Positions 1 to 9,231 are shown, counted from the stretch's first letter. The stretch is 64,000 bases of DNA from Thermodesulfobacteriota bacterium (GCA_049320885.1 JBMORA010000009.1:64001-128000), one strand, 5' to 3'. Notes: generated from the sequence alone by a model not told the origin. Made by a program: numbers and translations.

Positions 1-1
1 G

Positions 2-850
2 GTAGCCCGGGCCAGGGACGCCGGTCTCCGCGTTCACGCCGGGGGCGGAGGGGTCGTTACGGCGCTTTTATTGCATCTGTTCGATATCGGCCGTATCGAC
101 GGCGCCATCGTCACAAAGGTGGTTGCGCCCTTTACCTGCAAGCCCTGGCTGGCCAGAACACGACAGGAAATCATCGAGGCCGGTGGATTTCATTTCGACG
201 CTTCGCCCGGCGTGTCGCTTTTCGGGGAAAAATATGCCAGCTATCCGCCGTATCTGGAATTGATCGCGCCCATGGCCAAACAGAATCTGCGGCGGATAGC
301 GTTTGTCGGCCGTCCTTGTCAGATTGAAACCTTGCGCCGGATGGAAACCCTCGGTGTTGTGCCTTCGGAAGCCATCAAGTACTATATCGGTCTTTTTTGC
401 ATGGGGAATTTCCGGTTCGGGGCGGATGAGCAGGAGAGGCTGGAGAACATCGGAGGATTCAACTGGGCGGATGTGCGGAAAATCAATTTCAAGGAGGGAC
501 TCCAGATTCATCTGAACAACAGAGAAGTAAGGGTGATTGACATCCACCAGCTGAATTTCATGAAACGGTATGCGTGCCTGCATTGCGGTGATTATGCCGC
601 CGAGTTTGCCGACATCTCCTGCGGCGGCATGGGGTCGGCCGAGGGCTGGACCAGCGTCATCATCCGGACCGCCGTGGGCAGAGCGATTGTCGCCGATGCG
701 GCCGAGGGTGAACTGGAACTGTTCAGCCAATCGAAAAATCAGGAGGTGGCGCACCGGGCGTTGAGTAAAATCCGCGTCATGTCCGACAGAAAGAAAAATA
801 TGGCCAGGCAGAATCGGATGGAGCTGCTGGAAAAACCAACAGCAGAGTAA
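2..850 (+). CDS. Coenzyme F420 hydrogenase/dehydrogenase beta-subunit family protein (FrhB/FdhB-like), 5'-truncated by window edge
   Basis: Frame open from base 2 (..GGGGVVTALL..); motifs VGRPCQI, IGLFC, CxxCxDYxAEFADISxG. Confidence 0.8.
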   Translation, partial: VARARDAGLRVHAGGGGVVTALLLHLFDIGRIDGAIVTKVVAPFTCKPWLARTRQEIIEAGGFHFDASPGVSLFGEKYASYPPYLELIAPMAKQNLRRIAFVGRPCQIETLRRMETLGVVPSEAIKYYIGLFCMGNFRFGADEQERLENIGGFNWADVRKINFKEGLQIHLNNREVRVIDIHQLNFMKRYACLHCGDYAAEFADISCGGMGSAEGWTSVIIRTAVGRAIVADAAEGELELFSQSKNQEVAHRALSKIRVMSDRKKNMARQNRMELLEKPTAE

Positions 851-857
851 TAGGGAA

Positions 858-1481
858 TCACCCCCAGCGCTTGAGAATGAACTGTCTGCTTTCCAGGTAT
901 TCCATCATGACCTCGACACACTGGGTCACCGTCAGCTCGTCGGTTCGCAGATGAATTTCCGGTTTCTCCGGAGGCTCATAAGGCGCGCTGATCCCCGTGA
1001 ATTGAGGAATGGCTCCCGTGCGGGCCATTTGATACATTCCTTTGGGATCCCGCTTTTCACATTCCTCCAGCGGGCAATCCACAAACACTTCGATAAAGGA
1101 ACCGTCGCCCTTACTCAGCGCGCGCGCCATGTTGCGATCTGAAATATAGGGCGAGATAAATGCGACCATATTGATCATCCCGGCATCGCGGAGAAGACCA
1201 GCGACTTCGCCGATACGACGGATGTTCTCTTCCCGGTCGGTGGGCGAGAAACCAAGATCCTTGTTCAACCCATGCCGGATGTTGTCACCATCCAGAATAT
1301 AGGTGTGGCAACGGCGGGCATGCAGAACGCTTTCCAGGGCGACCGCCAGGGTGGATTTTCCGGAGGCCGGCAAACCCGTGAACCAGAGGGTGAAACCCCG
1401 ATGTCCGTTCAGGCGCTCCCGATCGGCACGATGAATCTGGCCCATGTGCCAATGTACATTCGTCGACGAAATACCGTTCAT
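858..1481 (-). CDS. cysC: Adenylyl-sulfate (APS) kinase
   Basis: WFTGLPASGKST P-loop, LDGDNIRHGL, RDPKGMY, FTGISAPYE; GGAGG RBS ahead of ATG at 1481. Confidence 0.93.
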   Translation of the reverse strand: MNGISSTNVHWHMGQIHRADRERLNGHRGFTLWFTGLPASGKSTLAVALESVLHARRCHTYILDGDNIRHGLNKDLGFSPTDREENIRRIGEVAGLLRDAGMINMVAFISPYISDRNMARALSKGDGSFIEVFVDCPLEECEKRDPKGMYQMARTGAIPQFTGISAPYEPPEKPEIHLRTDELTVTQCVEVMMEYLESRQFILKRWG

Positions 1482-1607
1482 GGCTGGTGCCTCCATTTGC
1501 TGATGGTTATGACGCCCACAGACCGACTGTTTTTTTCGCTCCGCGGCGATATCTGTCGGTATCGCAGGCGTAAGCATGATGGTTTTTGATTTGTCTGCAA
1601 CCAATCC

Positions 1608-1623
1608 TGCAATAGCGATGCCA
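1608..1623 (-). promoter_or_regulatory. Sigma54 -24/-12 promoter for cysC
   Basis: Minus strand reads TGGCAT-CGCTA-TTGCA, matching TGGCAC-N5-TTGCW. Confidence 0.7.
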
Positions 1624-1870
1624 TCTTCAATAGGAGGGCCGGTCGCGGCAGGGTACTGTAACTGATTTCATTTTCAATCGCCGGATCCGGCCGGCTGTTC
1701 GGCCGGAGGCATCCAACCTGTCGGACATTTTTACGATATGTCAAGATCAGCTCCTGCTGCCATGTAAAAAAATCCGATCACCCCGGGCATCCGACGAGGA
1801 TGCCGGATTGATAATGACAATAAATATTTTGAATCCAGCAAGATAAAACCGCGGGCGGCAGTATTTTTGC

Positions 1871-1886
1871 TGGCATTGTATTTGCT
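1871..1886 (+). promoter_or_regulatory. Sigma54 -24/-12 promoter for the sensor kinase
   Basis: TGGCAT-TGTAT-TTGCT, about 130 bp upstream of the start. Confidence 0.7.
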
Positions 1887-2012
1887 AATGTTTCCGTCTA
1901 GCACAATTGCCGGCTGCCGCGGATGACATCCTTGCGCGTCATCGTCGTTCAACCTGCTGAAGTCTCAGCGGTTGACCCGGTTCGCTGTTTTCAGGATAAT
2001 TAAAGGAGCTCC

Positions 2013-3857
2013 GTGATGCAGTCGGGGTATGAACTTATTCAAAAGCAGTTCTTTTTTCGCAAAGAACTGATGGAGCGGGTCGGCTGGTTCATCCGCCTGC
2101 GCTGGCTGTTCATTGTTGCCGGGGTTTTGGGCAGTGTGGGCGGCCATTTTTTTTGGCCGCCGATTCCGCTCCGTTGTTTGTTGAGTATCTTTCTGTTTAT
2201 CGCGGGATACAATCTTATTTTTTTCCTGTTGTATTTGGGATTGAACACCTGCCGGCCGACGGATGAAAAGGCCTATGTTCTTTTTGCAAACTGCCAGATC
2301 GGTTTTGATCTGTTGGCGCTGGGATGGATGATCCATTTCACCGGAGGAATTCACAGCCCGTTTCTGTTTTTCATCCTTCTGCATGTGATCATTGCCGGCA
2401 TTCTATTGTCTCCCGCCAGCTGTTTCATCTATGGCCTGATGATCCTGACGGTCCTTGGTCTGATCATTTATTTTCAATATATCGGCGTATTAGCTGTTCA
2501 GCCGGTTCTGTTTCACAATACCCTTGCGTCACCGAGGCCGGAGATGCCCCAGACCCTTTTTTTGTTCGCCATCGACGCTGCGTTGGTGTTGATCACGGCG
2601 GCCTTGACGACTTCCATCAAGATCGGGCTGAGAATCAAGGGCCGGGAACTGCTGATCGCTTCCAGGGACCTGGAGGCCAACAACCGCAAGCTCAATGCCC
2701 TGTATGAGATGGTGAAAGACATGGGATCGCGCACCGGACTCCAGGAATTGATGGATTCGGCCACGCGTAACGGCGTTAGGATCATGGGTGTCAAGGCCTG
2801 TGCCATCAAACTCCTGGATGACCAGCGGAAAAAGCTTCGCTTTGCCTCGGTGTACGGTCTGAGTGGTGATTATATCGCCAAGGGGGCGGTGGATGTTGAG
2901 AAGAGCGTCATCAATCGAAAAATCATCGAGGGGCAGGTGGTTGCCGTGGGTCGGATCCAGGAGCAGGACCAATTTCAGTATCCCGAGGACATCCAGAAAG
3001 AAGGGATTGCCTCCATGGTTTGCCTGCCGCTGCGGGTGGAAAAGATGATCTTTGGCGTGTTCTGCGTGTACAGCGATGTGTCCGATGCCTTTGCGGAAAG
3101 CGATATCCGCTTTTTCACCCTGATGTCCGATCTGACGGCGCTGGCCATCGAGAATCTGAGAAGCGAACTGAACAAAACCTGGTTTTTTCAGAAAACGGCC
3201 CATCAGCTGCGGTCTCCCATGAATGCGGTTCACAGCATGCTCAGGACCCTGCGCAAGAGCTCTCCGGGAAATGGCGATTTTCAACGGGAAGAAACCATTG
3301 CTCGATGCGAGAAACGGCTTGAGGTGCTCGGAACCATGGTCGGCGATTTGCTGGGTCTCGGAATCCACCGGGCAGGAAGCGATCCGAAAAAATTTCATCC
3401 GGTACATATCGGCCAAGTGGTGGAACGCTTGCTTCCCATGTATCGGACCCAGGCGGGAGAAAAAGGGATCGCCATCGAATATGCGATTCAGGAACCGTTG
3501 CCGGCCGTGATGGGCGATGACTCGCTGTTTGAGGATTTGTTCGGCAATCTGATATCAAACGCCGTTAAATATACTTCCAGGGGCGGCTTGATCGATATTG
3601 CCATTCGCACCGAAGGCTCCGGCCGAATCCGTTGGGACATCCAGGATACCGGCATCGGCATTCCGGATGAGGAGCTCCCTCACCTGTTTACGGAGTTTTT
3701 CCGGGGGCAGAACGCCAAGGCCGTCACCGAAGAAGGCACCGGTCTGGGCCTCGTGATTGTGAAAGAAATTCTGGATCAATTGAACGGGACCATTCAGGTC
3801 ACCAGTACCGTCGGCAAGGGCACCTGTATGACCCTGCGGCTGCCCGCCGTGCAATAG
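2013..3857 (+). CDS. Membrane-bound GAF-domain sensor histidine kinase
   Basis: Multi-TM N-terminus, GAF domain, H-box TAHQLRSP, NLISNAVKYT, DTGIGI, GTGLGL; AAGGAG RBS. Confidence 0.9.
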   Translation: MMQSGYELIQKQFFFRKELMERVGWFIRLRWLFIVAGVLGSVGGHFFWPPIPLRCLLSIFLFIAGYNLIFFLLYLGLNTCRPTDEKAYVLFANCQIGFDLLALGWMIHFTGGIHSPFLFFILLHVIIAGILLSPASCFIYGLMILTVLGLIIYFQYIGVLAVQPVLFHNTLASPRPEMPQTLFLFAIDAALVLITAALTTSIKIGLRIKGRELLIASRDLEANNRKLNALYEMVKDMGSRTGLQELMDSATRNGVRIMGVKACAIKLLDDQRKKLRFASVYGLSGDYIAKGAVDVEKSVINRKIIEGQVVAVGRIQEQDQFQYPEDIQKEGIASMVCLPLRVEKMIFGVFCVYSDVSDAFAESDIRFFTLMSDLTALAIENLRSELNKTWFFQKTAHQLRSPMNAVHSMLRTLRKSSPGNGDFQREETIARCEKRLEVLGTMVGDLLGLGIHRAGSDPKKFHPVHIGQVVERLLPMYRTQAGEKGIAIEYAIQEPLPAVMGDDSLFEDLFGNLISNAVKYTSRGGLIDIAIRTEGSGRIRWDIQDTGIGIPDEELPHLFTEFFRGQNAKAVTEEGTGLGLVIVKEILDQLNGTIQVTSTVGKGTCMTLRLPAVQ

Positions 3858-3897
3858 GTGCATGATGGGGGCTGGGAATTCCGCCGCTGCCGCCGGG

Positions 3898-4419
3898 TCA
3901 CCTGGAGTTGCGGGAATGGGTTTTGCGCCAGTCGCGTGGTGAGGTGTACTGGCCGGGAGAAAGGGACCAGATTCCGCGCCTGGCGTGGCTGGCTTCCCGC
4001 TCGGCAGCCTGATAGGGACCGAGGTCGAATCCCCGGGGCGGCCTGCCGCGGTAGACTTCGGCCAGCCCCCCGCGCACCAGTTCAAGGTTAACGATGTTGC
4101 CGGCGATGGAAACGACCGCCAACTGGCGGTTATAGGGTTCGATTCCATATCCATCCAGGACGACTTTCTGGTTCAACACCATCCGGGAAAGAAATTGACG
4201 GGCCTTTTCACCATAGGGCTGACCGGGGTTGCGTTTGCCCTTGCCGGTTTCGGGTGCGTCGATGCCCGCCAGCCGGACCTTGATTTCAACTCCATAGCCT
4301 TCCGCTTTCAGGGTGTCTCCGTCGTAGACCCGAATGACTGTCCATTCCGCGGCCGACGCCTGGACCGAAAACCAACCGCAAATCAAGAACAGCCATACTG
4401 CGACAGATCGTACCGACAA
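3898..4419 (-). CDS. Exported thermonuclease (SNase) family protein
   Basis: Signal peptide; VYDGDT, RLAGIDAPE, NLELVRxGLA, ARRGIW. Confidence 0.88.
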   Translation of the reverse strand: MSVRSVAVWLFLICGWFSVQASAAEWTVIRVYDGDTLKAEGYGVEIKVRLAGIDAPETGKGKRNPGQPYGEKARQFLSRMVLNQKVVLDGYGIEPYNRQLAVVSIAGNIVNLELVRGGLAEVYRGRPPRGFDLGPYQAAEREASHARRGIWSLSPGQYTSPRDWRKTHSRNSR

Positions 4420-4539
4420 CGAAAAAACTCCCGAATAACTTTAAAAAAACCATCCGGCGGACTTTCCCGGAATTCGCCTCGTCTATCGGAAAAGAGCGGG
4501 CCTGTCAAGCCCCGCAACGGCGTGAAGGGATTGGTATCG

Positions 4540-4563
4540 CGCAGAGGCGCAGGGCCGCAGGGA
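4540..4563 (+). repeat. Three 8-bp tandem units CGCAGRGN
   Basis: cgcagagg-cgcagggc-cgcaggga. Confidence 0.4.
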
Positions 4564-4717
4564 ACAGAAAAAAGCAAGTGAGAATCGGGTACCGAAGCTT
4601 TGCGGAGCGATTGATGTGCAGGGAAGGGGGGTATGGTAGTTTTTGGGTACGAAAACAAAATCACTTGTAAAGACAAAATATATTGTGTAAACGGATAGGT
4701 ACAACCAAGAGATGATG

Positions 4718-4936
4718 ATGAAGGCAGAATTCACAGCAATTATAGAAGCCGCGCCTGAGGGGGGGGGCTGGGCTATTTGTCCAGAAGTGCCTGGCGCCAA
4801 CGGACAGGGCGAGACCATAGAGGAAACCAAGGATAATCTTCGACAGGCGATTTAGTAGATCTTGGAGAATCGTAAGGCCGACATTTTGAGAGGGTTGCCC
4901 GATGATGCCATACAAGACACGGTGATGATCGGATGA
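4718..4936 (+). pseudogene. hicB: HicB-family antitoxin with two in-frame TAG stops
   Basis: Manual translation MKAEFTAIIEAAPEGGGWAICPEVPGANGQGETIEETKDNLRQAI**ILENRKADILRGLPDDAIQDTVMIG*. Confidence 0.8.
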
Positions 4937-4956
4937 AACGGCGAGATTTGGAACGA
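4933..4956 (+). pseudogene. Truncated HicA-like toxin N-terminus
   Basis: ATGA overlap with the hicB stop; MKRRDLER resembles HicA starts, then the frame runs into attC. Confidence 0.5.
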
Positions 4957-4971
4957 ATGGAAATTTTTACC

Positions 4972-5072
4972 CCCCAACCAGTCGCTCCAACCAACGGCAG
5001 GAGCCGTTCGCGTCGGAGTGAAATTTGAGCGAAAATGGCGGCTCCTGCCCTTGGCTGAGCTTAGTGTTCGGC
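4972..5072 (+). mobile_element. Integron attC recombination site
   Basis: R'' CCCCAAC; L'' GCTC(C)AACCAA with a bulged base pairing to L' TTGGCTGAGC; perfect 11-bp inner stem GGCAGGAGCCG/CGGCTCCTGCC; R' GTTCGGC. Confidence 0.8.
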
Positions 5073-5088
5073 GAGGAAGATAACACCC

Positions 5089-6300
5089 ATGAATTTTATA
5101 GATGAATTTATTAAAAAAGAATCTTCTGCCGGTATTACACTCATTTTTGTAACCATTCTTGCACTGTTACTTAAAAACTCTCCACTTTCACAATTATATG
5201 AAGAATTTCTTCATACACCGGTCGAAATTCGATTTGGTGCCTTACATATAAATAAACCACTTCTGCTCTGGATCAATGATGGACTAATGGCAGTGTTTTT
5301 CCTGTTGATTGGGCTTGAAGTCAAGCGCGAGTTGCTTGAGGGTCATCTGTCTTCTCTCGTCCAGGTCGCATTGCCAGGCATCGCTGCCATTGGAGGCATG
5401 GTGGTGCCCGCACTTATTTATATCTATTTCAACCAGGATGAGCCAATAGGTATGCAGGGATGGGCTATTCCTACAGCTACGGACATTGCCTTTGCTCTTG
5501 GTATTCTCTTGCTACTTGGTAAACGTATTCCTGTATCTCTAAAAATTTTCCTACTTGCTTTAGCCATAATTGATGACCTGGGCGCCATCGTTATCATTGC
5601 AATTTTCTATACTGTTAAGCTGTCCAGTTTATCAATAACGATTGCCACCATGGCCTTGGTATTTCTTGTGATCATAAATCGTATGGGCGTGGTAAAAAAA
5701 GCCGCCTACTTTATAGTTGGCTGTATACTTTGGGTCAGCGTTTTGAAATCGGGAGTGCACGCTACTCTGGCCGGCGTCGCACTGGCATTCACTATTCCTC
5801 TGCGATCGATCGATAAAAACGGTCATGAGTTTTCATTATCAAAGTCAATTGAACATGATCTGCATTTCTGGGTTGCCTTTTTTATTTTACCGCTTTTTGC
5901 ATTCGCAAATGCAGGCGTTGACCTACGCCAGGTTTCTTTTGCATCGATGTCAGGTAACGTTCCTGTCGGCATTATGGCTGGACTGTTTTTTGGAAAACAA
6001 ATCGGTGTATTTGTTTTCAGCTGGATAACTATAAAATTGGGGTTTGCAAAATTGCCTGAGGGTAGCAAATGGATACAGCTTTACGGTGTTTCAGTTTTGA
6101 CTGGAATCGGTTTCACCATGAGCCTGTTTGTGGATTCACTCGCATTCAAGGACGATACCTTGTTCCAGCATGCTGATAGGCTCGCGATATTACTAGCATC
6201 CTTTGCATCTGGCCTTTTGGGTTACCTCATATTAAGATTTTCTCGCGATTGCACCAACAAAGATTTGAGCCATGCATATAAATGTTATAACGGAGAGTAA
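5089..6300 (+). CDS. nhaA: Na+/H+ antiporter NhaA (AT-rich, probable gene cassette)
   Basis: WINDGLMAVFF, GWAIPTATDIAFALG, LAIIDDLGA, KSGVHATLAG, GIGFTMSLF. Confidence 0.96.
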   Translation: MNFIDEFIKKESSAGITLIFVTILALLLKNSPLSQLYEEFLHTPVEIRFGALHINKPLLLWINDGLMAVFFLLIGLEVKRELLEGHLSSLVQVALPGIAAIGGMVVPALIYIYFNQDEPIGMQGWAIPTATDIAFALGILLLLGKRIPVSLKIFLLALAIIDDLGAIVIIAIFYTVKLSSLSITIATMALVFLVIINRMGVVKKAAYFIVGCILWVSVLKSGVHATLAGVALAFTIPLRSIDKNGHEFSLSKSIEHDLHFWVAFFILPLFAFANAGVDLRQVSFASMSGNVPVGIMAGLFFGKQIGVFVFSWITIKLGFAKLPEGSKWIQLYGVSVLTGIGFTMSLFVDSLAFKDDTLFQHADRLAILLASFASGLLGYLILRFSRDCTNKDLSHAYKCYNGE

Positions 6301-6363
6301 AATTGATTTTAAAAGCAGATTTGTCGCCGAATCGGGTAGCCGAGGGGTTGGACCGGTGGCTTT

Positions 6364-7146
6364 TTAGGGGCTTCTTCCTTGCCGCAAGGCTTGGATCAAC
6401 AGCAGCAAACCGAAGGCGATGAAGCCCAGCATGGCGATCTGGGCCTGGGTCATGCCCAAGGCCACGATGGGGTCCCTGCGGAGCAGGTCCAGCCCCAGCC
6501 GCAGAATACCGTAGAGGATCAGATACAGCGCGGCGACGACTCCCGCAAGGGGCTTCCCGGCCGCATATTGGCGCCGGAAGGTCTTCCTGAGGATCCAGTA
6601 GAGAAAGAGATTCAGGCAAACGGCGTAGAGCGGCACGGGGTTGTCGAAGCGCCACTCCCGGCCCATGAACGCTAGCCGGATTTCCCGGCCCCAGCAGCAT
6701 CCCACCAGCAGGCAGCCGACTCTGCCCACGGCGTGGGCCAGCGGGATGTGCATGAAGACCGCGTCCCAGCCCTTGCGGATATCGATTTGCAGGCGACTCA
6801 AGAGCAGGGTGACCAGCAGAAACGGCAGCAACAGGCTGGCATGAAAGGTTTCGTGGCGGCCTTGGGCGAACTGCTCCAGAAAAAACCGGAAATTCCATTG
6901 TTCCACCGGAAAGTAGAACATGTTGGCGGCCCTGGAACTGATCAGCCCGGCCGGCAGGACCAGGATGCCGGCCAGGCTGATGAAGAGCCGCACTTTTTTA
7001 GGGGGAAATCCCAGCCCCGTCAGGCAGCCATGGACCCCCGCGACCGCCAGGACGATACCGAGCAGAATCAGCGAGTAGTAGATTCCATTCAGGAGCCATC
7101 CCAGCAGCGGAAAGGAGATATGGCCTTTCAATAGGGCGTACAGCAT
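6364..7146 (-). CDS. Divergent prolipoprotein diacylglyceryl transferase (Lgt) family protein
   Basis: Multi-TM; TFH, GRVGCLLVGCCWG, PVPLY and YGILR..D..R correspond to Lgt motifs. Confidence 0.72.
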   Translation of the reverse strand: MLYALLKGHISFPLLGWLLNGIYYSLILLGIVLAVAGVHGCLTGLGFPPKKVRLFISLAGILVLPAGLISSRAANMFYFPVEQWNFRFFLEQFAQGRHETFHASLLLPFLLVTLLLSRLQIDIRKGWDAVFMHIPLAHAVGRVGCLLVGCCWGREIRLAFMGREWRFDNPVPLYAVCLNLFLYWILRKTFRRQYAAGKPLAGVVAALYLILYGILRLGLDLLRRDPIVALGMTQAQIAMLGFIAFGLLLLIQALRQGRSP

Positions 7147-7149
7147 GGA

Positions 7150-9231
7150 TTATTGTACCGTAAATATCCGTGATACGCCCTCATAGGGGTTGATGCTGCC
7201 GTCCCAGCCGTTTTTCCAGTGGCCGAGATGGCGGATGCGGTATTTTCCCGGCGCTGTATCCTGGGGAATGGTCCAGCGGATGATGACATTGGAGCGGTCC
7301 GTGCCTTCCCGCTGCCATTCATAAACGGTTTCCGGAGCCGCATCCGTGGCGACCACCTTGTCGAAGACCAGACCCGGAACATCCTCGCAGACCGTGACCG
7401 TGTCGCAGCCTACGGTTTCCTCGTGGCATTCGGTCACCGTCCCGGTTTTCATTTTTTCGACTTTCAGGAAGGTCTGCTGAATCATCAGGTTGTTCTTGGG
7501 ATGGCCGCCCACGAACTGCACCACAACCGTGGCGCCGCGGGAATACGATGCGTTGGCGTCGATTTCCACGTCGCCGAAATCCTGGTTCAGGTATTTGCCG
7601 TCCCAGACCACGCCGGTCTGGAAATTGATCACATCGTCCCGCAGATCCCGGGGAGTCGGGCCCGCGGACAAGGGGGCGCCATCCCGGAGGGCAGCGGCGA
7701 CGGCCGCGAATTCCTGCTGAAAGGCATTCAAGGAATAGGGGCCGAACATGTTGGAGCCGCCTTCATAATGCTGGACGGCGTATTCCTCGCGGGTGGTCAG
7801 GTAGGAGCAGTAGGCGTTGGCCGGCGCCGTGATCACGACATGGTCGACCAGTCCGCCCAATTGTTCCCGGACCGTATCGCGGAGCCGCCGGCCGGCCATG
7901 GTGGTGATTTCCACCGGGGCAGCCACGATGGCCAGGTTGCCGATGCGGACGATCTGCAGGGGCAGGACTTCCGGCACCCAGGGAAAGGGCACGGCATCGC
8001 CGGCGGGGAACAGGATGATTTTTTCACCCTGGCATTCCTGAAGACCCGGCACCAGGGTGAATTCCGGCCAGGAATTCCCGCCCCAGACCATGCCCTCATG
8101 GGCCAGGTCGATGCCGGCGCCGTCCTCGGTGCTCCCCGCCACCTGGGAGAAGCCGATGGCCGCCGAGCAGGTGGTGATTCCGGTCAGGCCGCCCGTCCAC
8201 TGGGAATCAACCGGCAGTTCGTCGAAGTTGACGTGGCGGTGGCGGTAATCGATGCCGCCCTCCAGGTATTCCGTCGCGCTGTTGTACAGTTGCAGGGCCT
8301 TGTCGAACTGCCGCTGCCCGATGATTTTCATGTGATCGTAATCGGACGTTCCGTCCGGATATCCCCAGTAAATGTTGGGGGAGACGTCGCCGCTGTTGCT
8401 CTGGGCAAAGGCGGCCACGAACGTGCGCTGGTTCACGGCGGAATAGTTGGTCCCTTTGAGCTTTTCAAACAGGTATTCGGCGTATCCCTTGTTGTCGCCG
8501 GTGATCAGATGGTTGGTGTTGCCGACGCTGGTGGGATGCACCGCGAACCAGTTGATGACGCCGATTTCCTGGTTGGTGTCCGAAACCAGCTTGAGCAGGG
8601 TCATGGTTTTATCTGTATTGTGCGCGTACAGGGCCCTTTCCGAAGCCGGATTGTTCATGTAGGCGTCGTAGGAGCGCTGCCAGCCGCAATTGTCCAGGTC
8701 CCCGCCGGCGATGAGGATCTTGCCGGGGACCAGGTTGGTGTGGGCGATTTTGATGGAGCGGTAGATGCCGTCCACGATGACGTTGAAATTCTCCTCGATG
8801 AATCCCAGCACGGAAAGATCATAGGTCGTATAATGTGAAAACCCGCCCGGGCCGCTGTGGGTGTGGGTGGCGCTGAGGAGGACGTTTTGTTCGGTATAGA
8901 GCCCCCCGAGGGCCGGGTCGTTTTGCAGCTTTTCCACCACCTGCTGTTTCACTGCCTGGAAGATCATGCCCAAATCCGCGCAGACGAAGGCGACGCGTTT
9001 GCCTCCCGCGGGTTCGGCGATGACATAGGCCCGGGAGCGGAGGCGCATGTGGATTCCCGCGGTTTTCTGGTCCACCATGGAATAACCCATCATGCCGACT
9101 TCCGCGGCCGGGCCGGTGATGTCATAAACACCGGCGCCGATGAGAAATTCGCCGGGAGAGGCGGAAATGTTGCCGGGCAAGAGAAAAAAACATGACGCGA
9201 GGAACAGCAGGATGAAATGGGTGCGTTTCAA
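7150..9231 (-). CDS. Secreted neutral/alkaline ceramidase
   Basis: DITGPAAEVGMMGY, SATHTHSGPGG, FAVHPTS, GDNKGYA, GDVSPN, YEGGS, GHPKN; signal peptide; TTG start with AAGGAGG RBS. Confidence 0.92.
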   Translation of the reverse strand: MKRTHFILLFLASCFFLLPGNISASPGEFLIGAGVYDITGPAAEVGMMGYSMVDQKTAGIHMRLRSRAYVIAEPAGGKRVAFVCADLGMIFQAVKQQVVEKLQNDPALGGLYTEQNVLLSATHTHSGPGGFSHYTTYDLSVLGFIEENFNVIVDGIYRSIKIAHTNLVPGKILIAGGDLDNCGWQRSYDAYMNNPASERALYAHNTDKTMTLLKLVSDTNQEIGVINWFAVHPTSVGNTNHLITGDNKGYAEYLFEKLKGTNYSAVNQRTFVAAFAQSNSGDVSPNIYWGYPDGTSDYDHMKIIGQRQFDKALQLYNSATEYLEGGIDYRHRHVNFDELPVDSQWTGGLTGITTCSAAIGFSQVAGSTEDGAGIDLAHEGMVWGGNSWPEFTLVPGLQECQGEKIILFPAGDAVPFPWVPEVLPLQIVRIGNLAIVAAPVEITTMAGRRLRDTVREQLGGLVDHVVITAPANAYCSYLTTREEYAVQHYEGGSNMFGPYSLNAFQQEFAAVAAALRDGAPLSAGPTPRDLRDDVINFQTGVVWDGKYLNQDFGDVEIDANASYSRGATVVVQFVGGHPKNNLMIQQTFLKVEKMKTGTVTECHEETVGCDTVTVCEDVPGLVFDKVVATDAAPETVYEWQREGTDRSNVIIRWTIPQDTAPGKYRIRHLGHWKNGWDGSINPYEGVSRIFTVQ

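Noticed and set aside
4853..4858. TAG-TAG in hicB as pyrrolysine or recoding
   Set aside because: TAG acts as an ordinary stop elsewhere in the window; pseudogenisation is simpler
7219..8838. 539-aa plus-strand ORF
   Set aside because: Antisense shadow of the GC-rich ceramidase gene; no recognisable motifs
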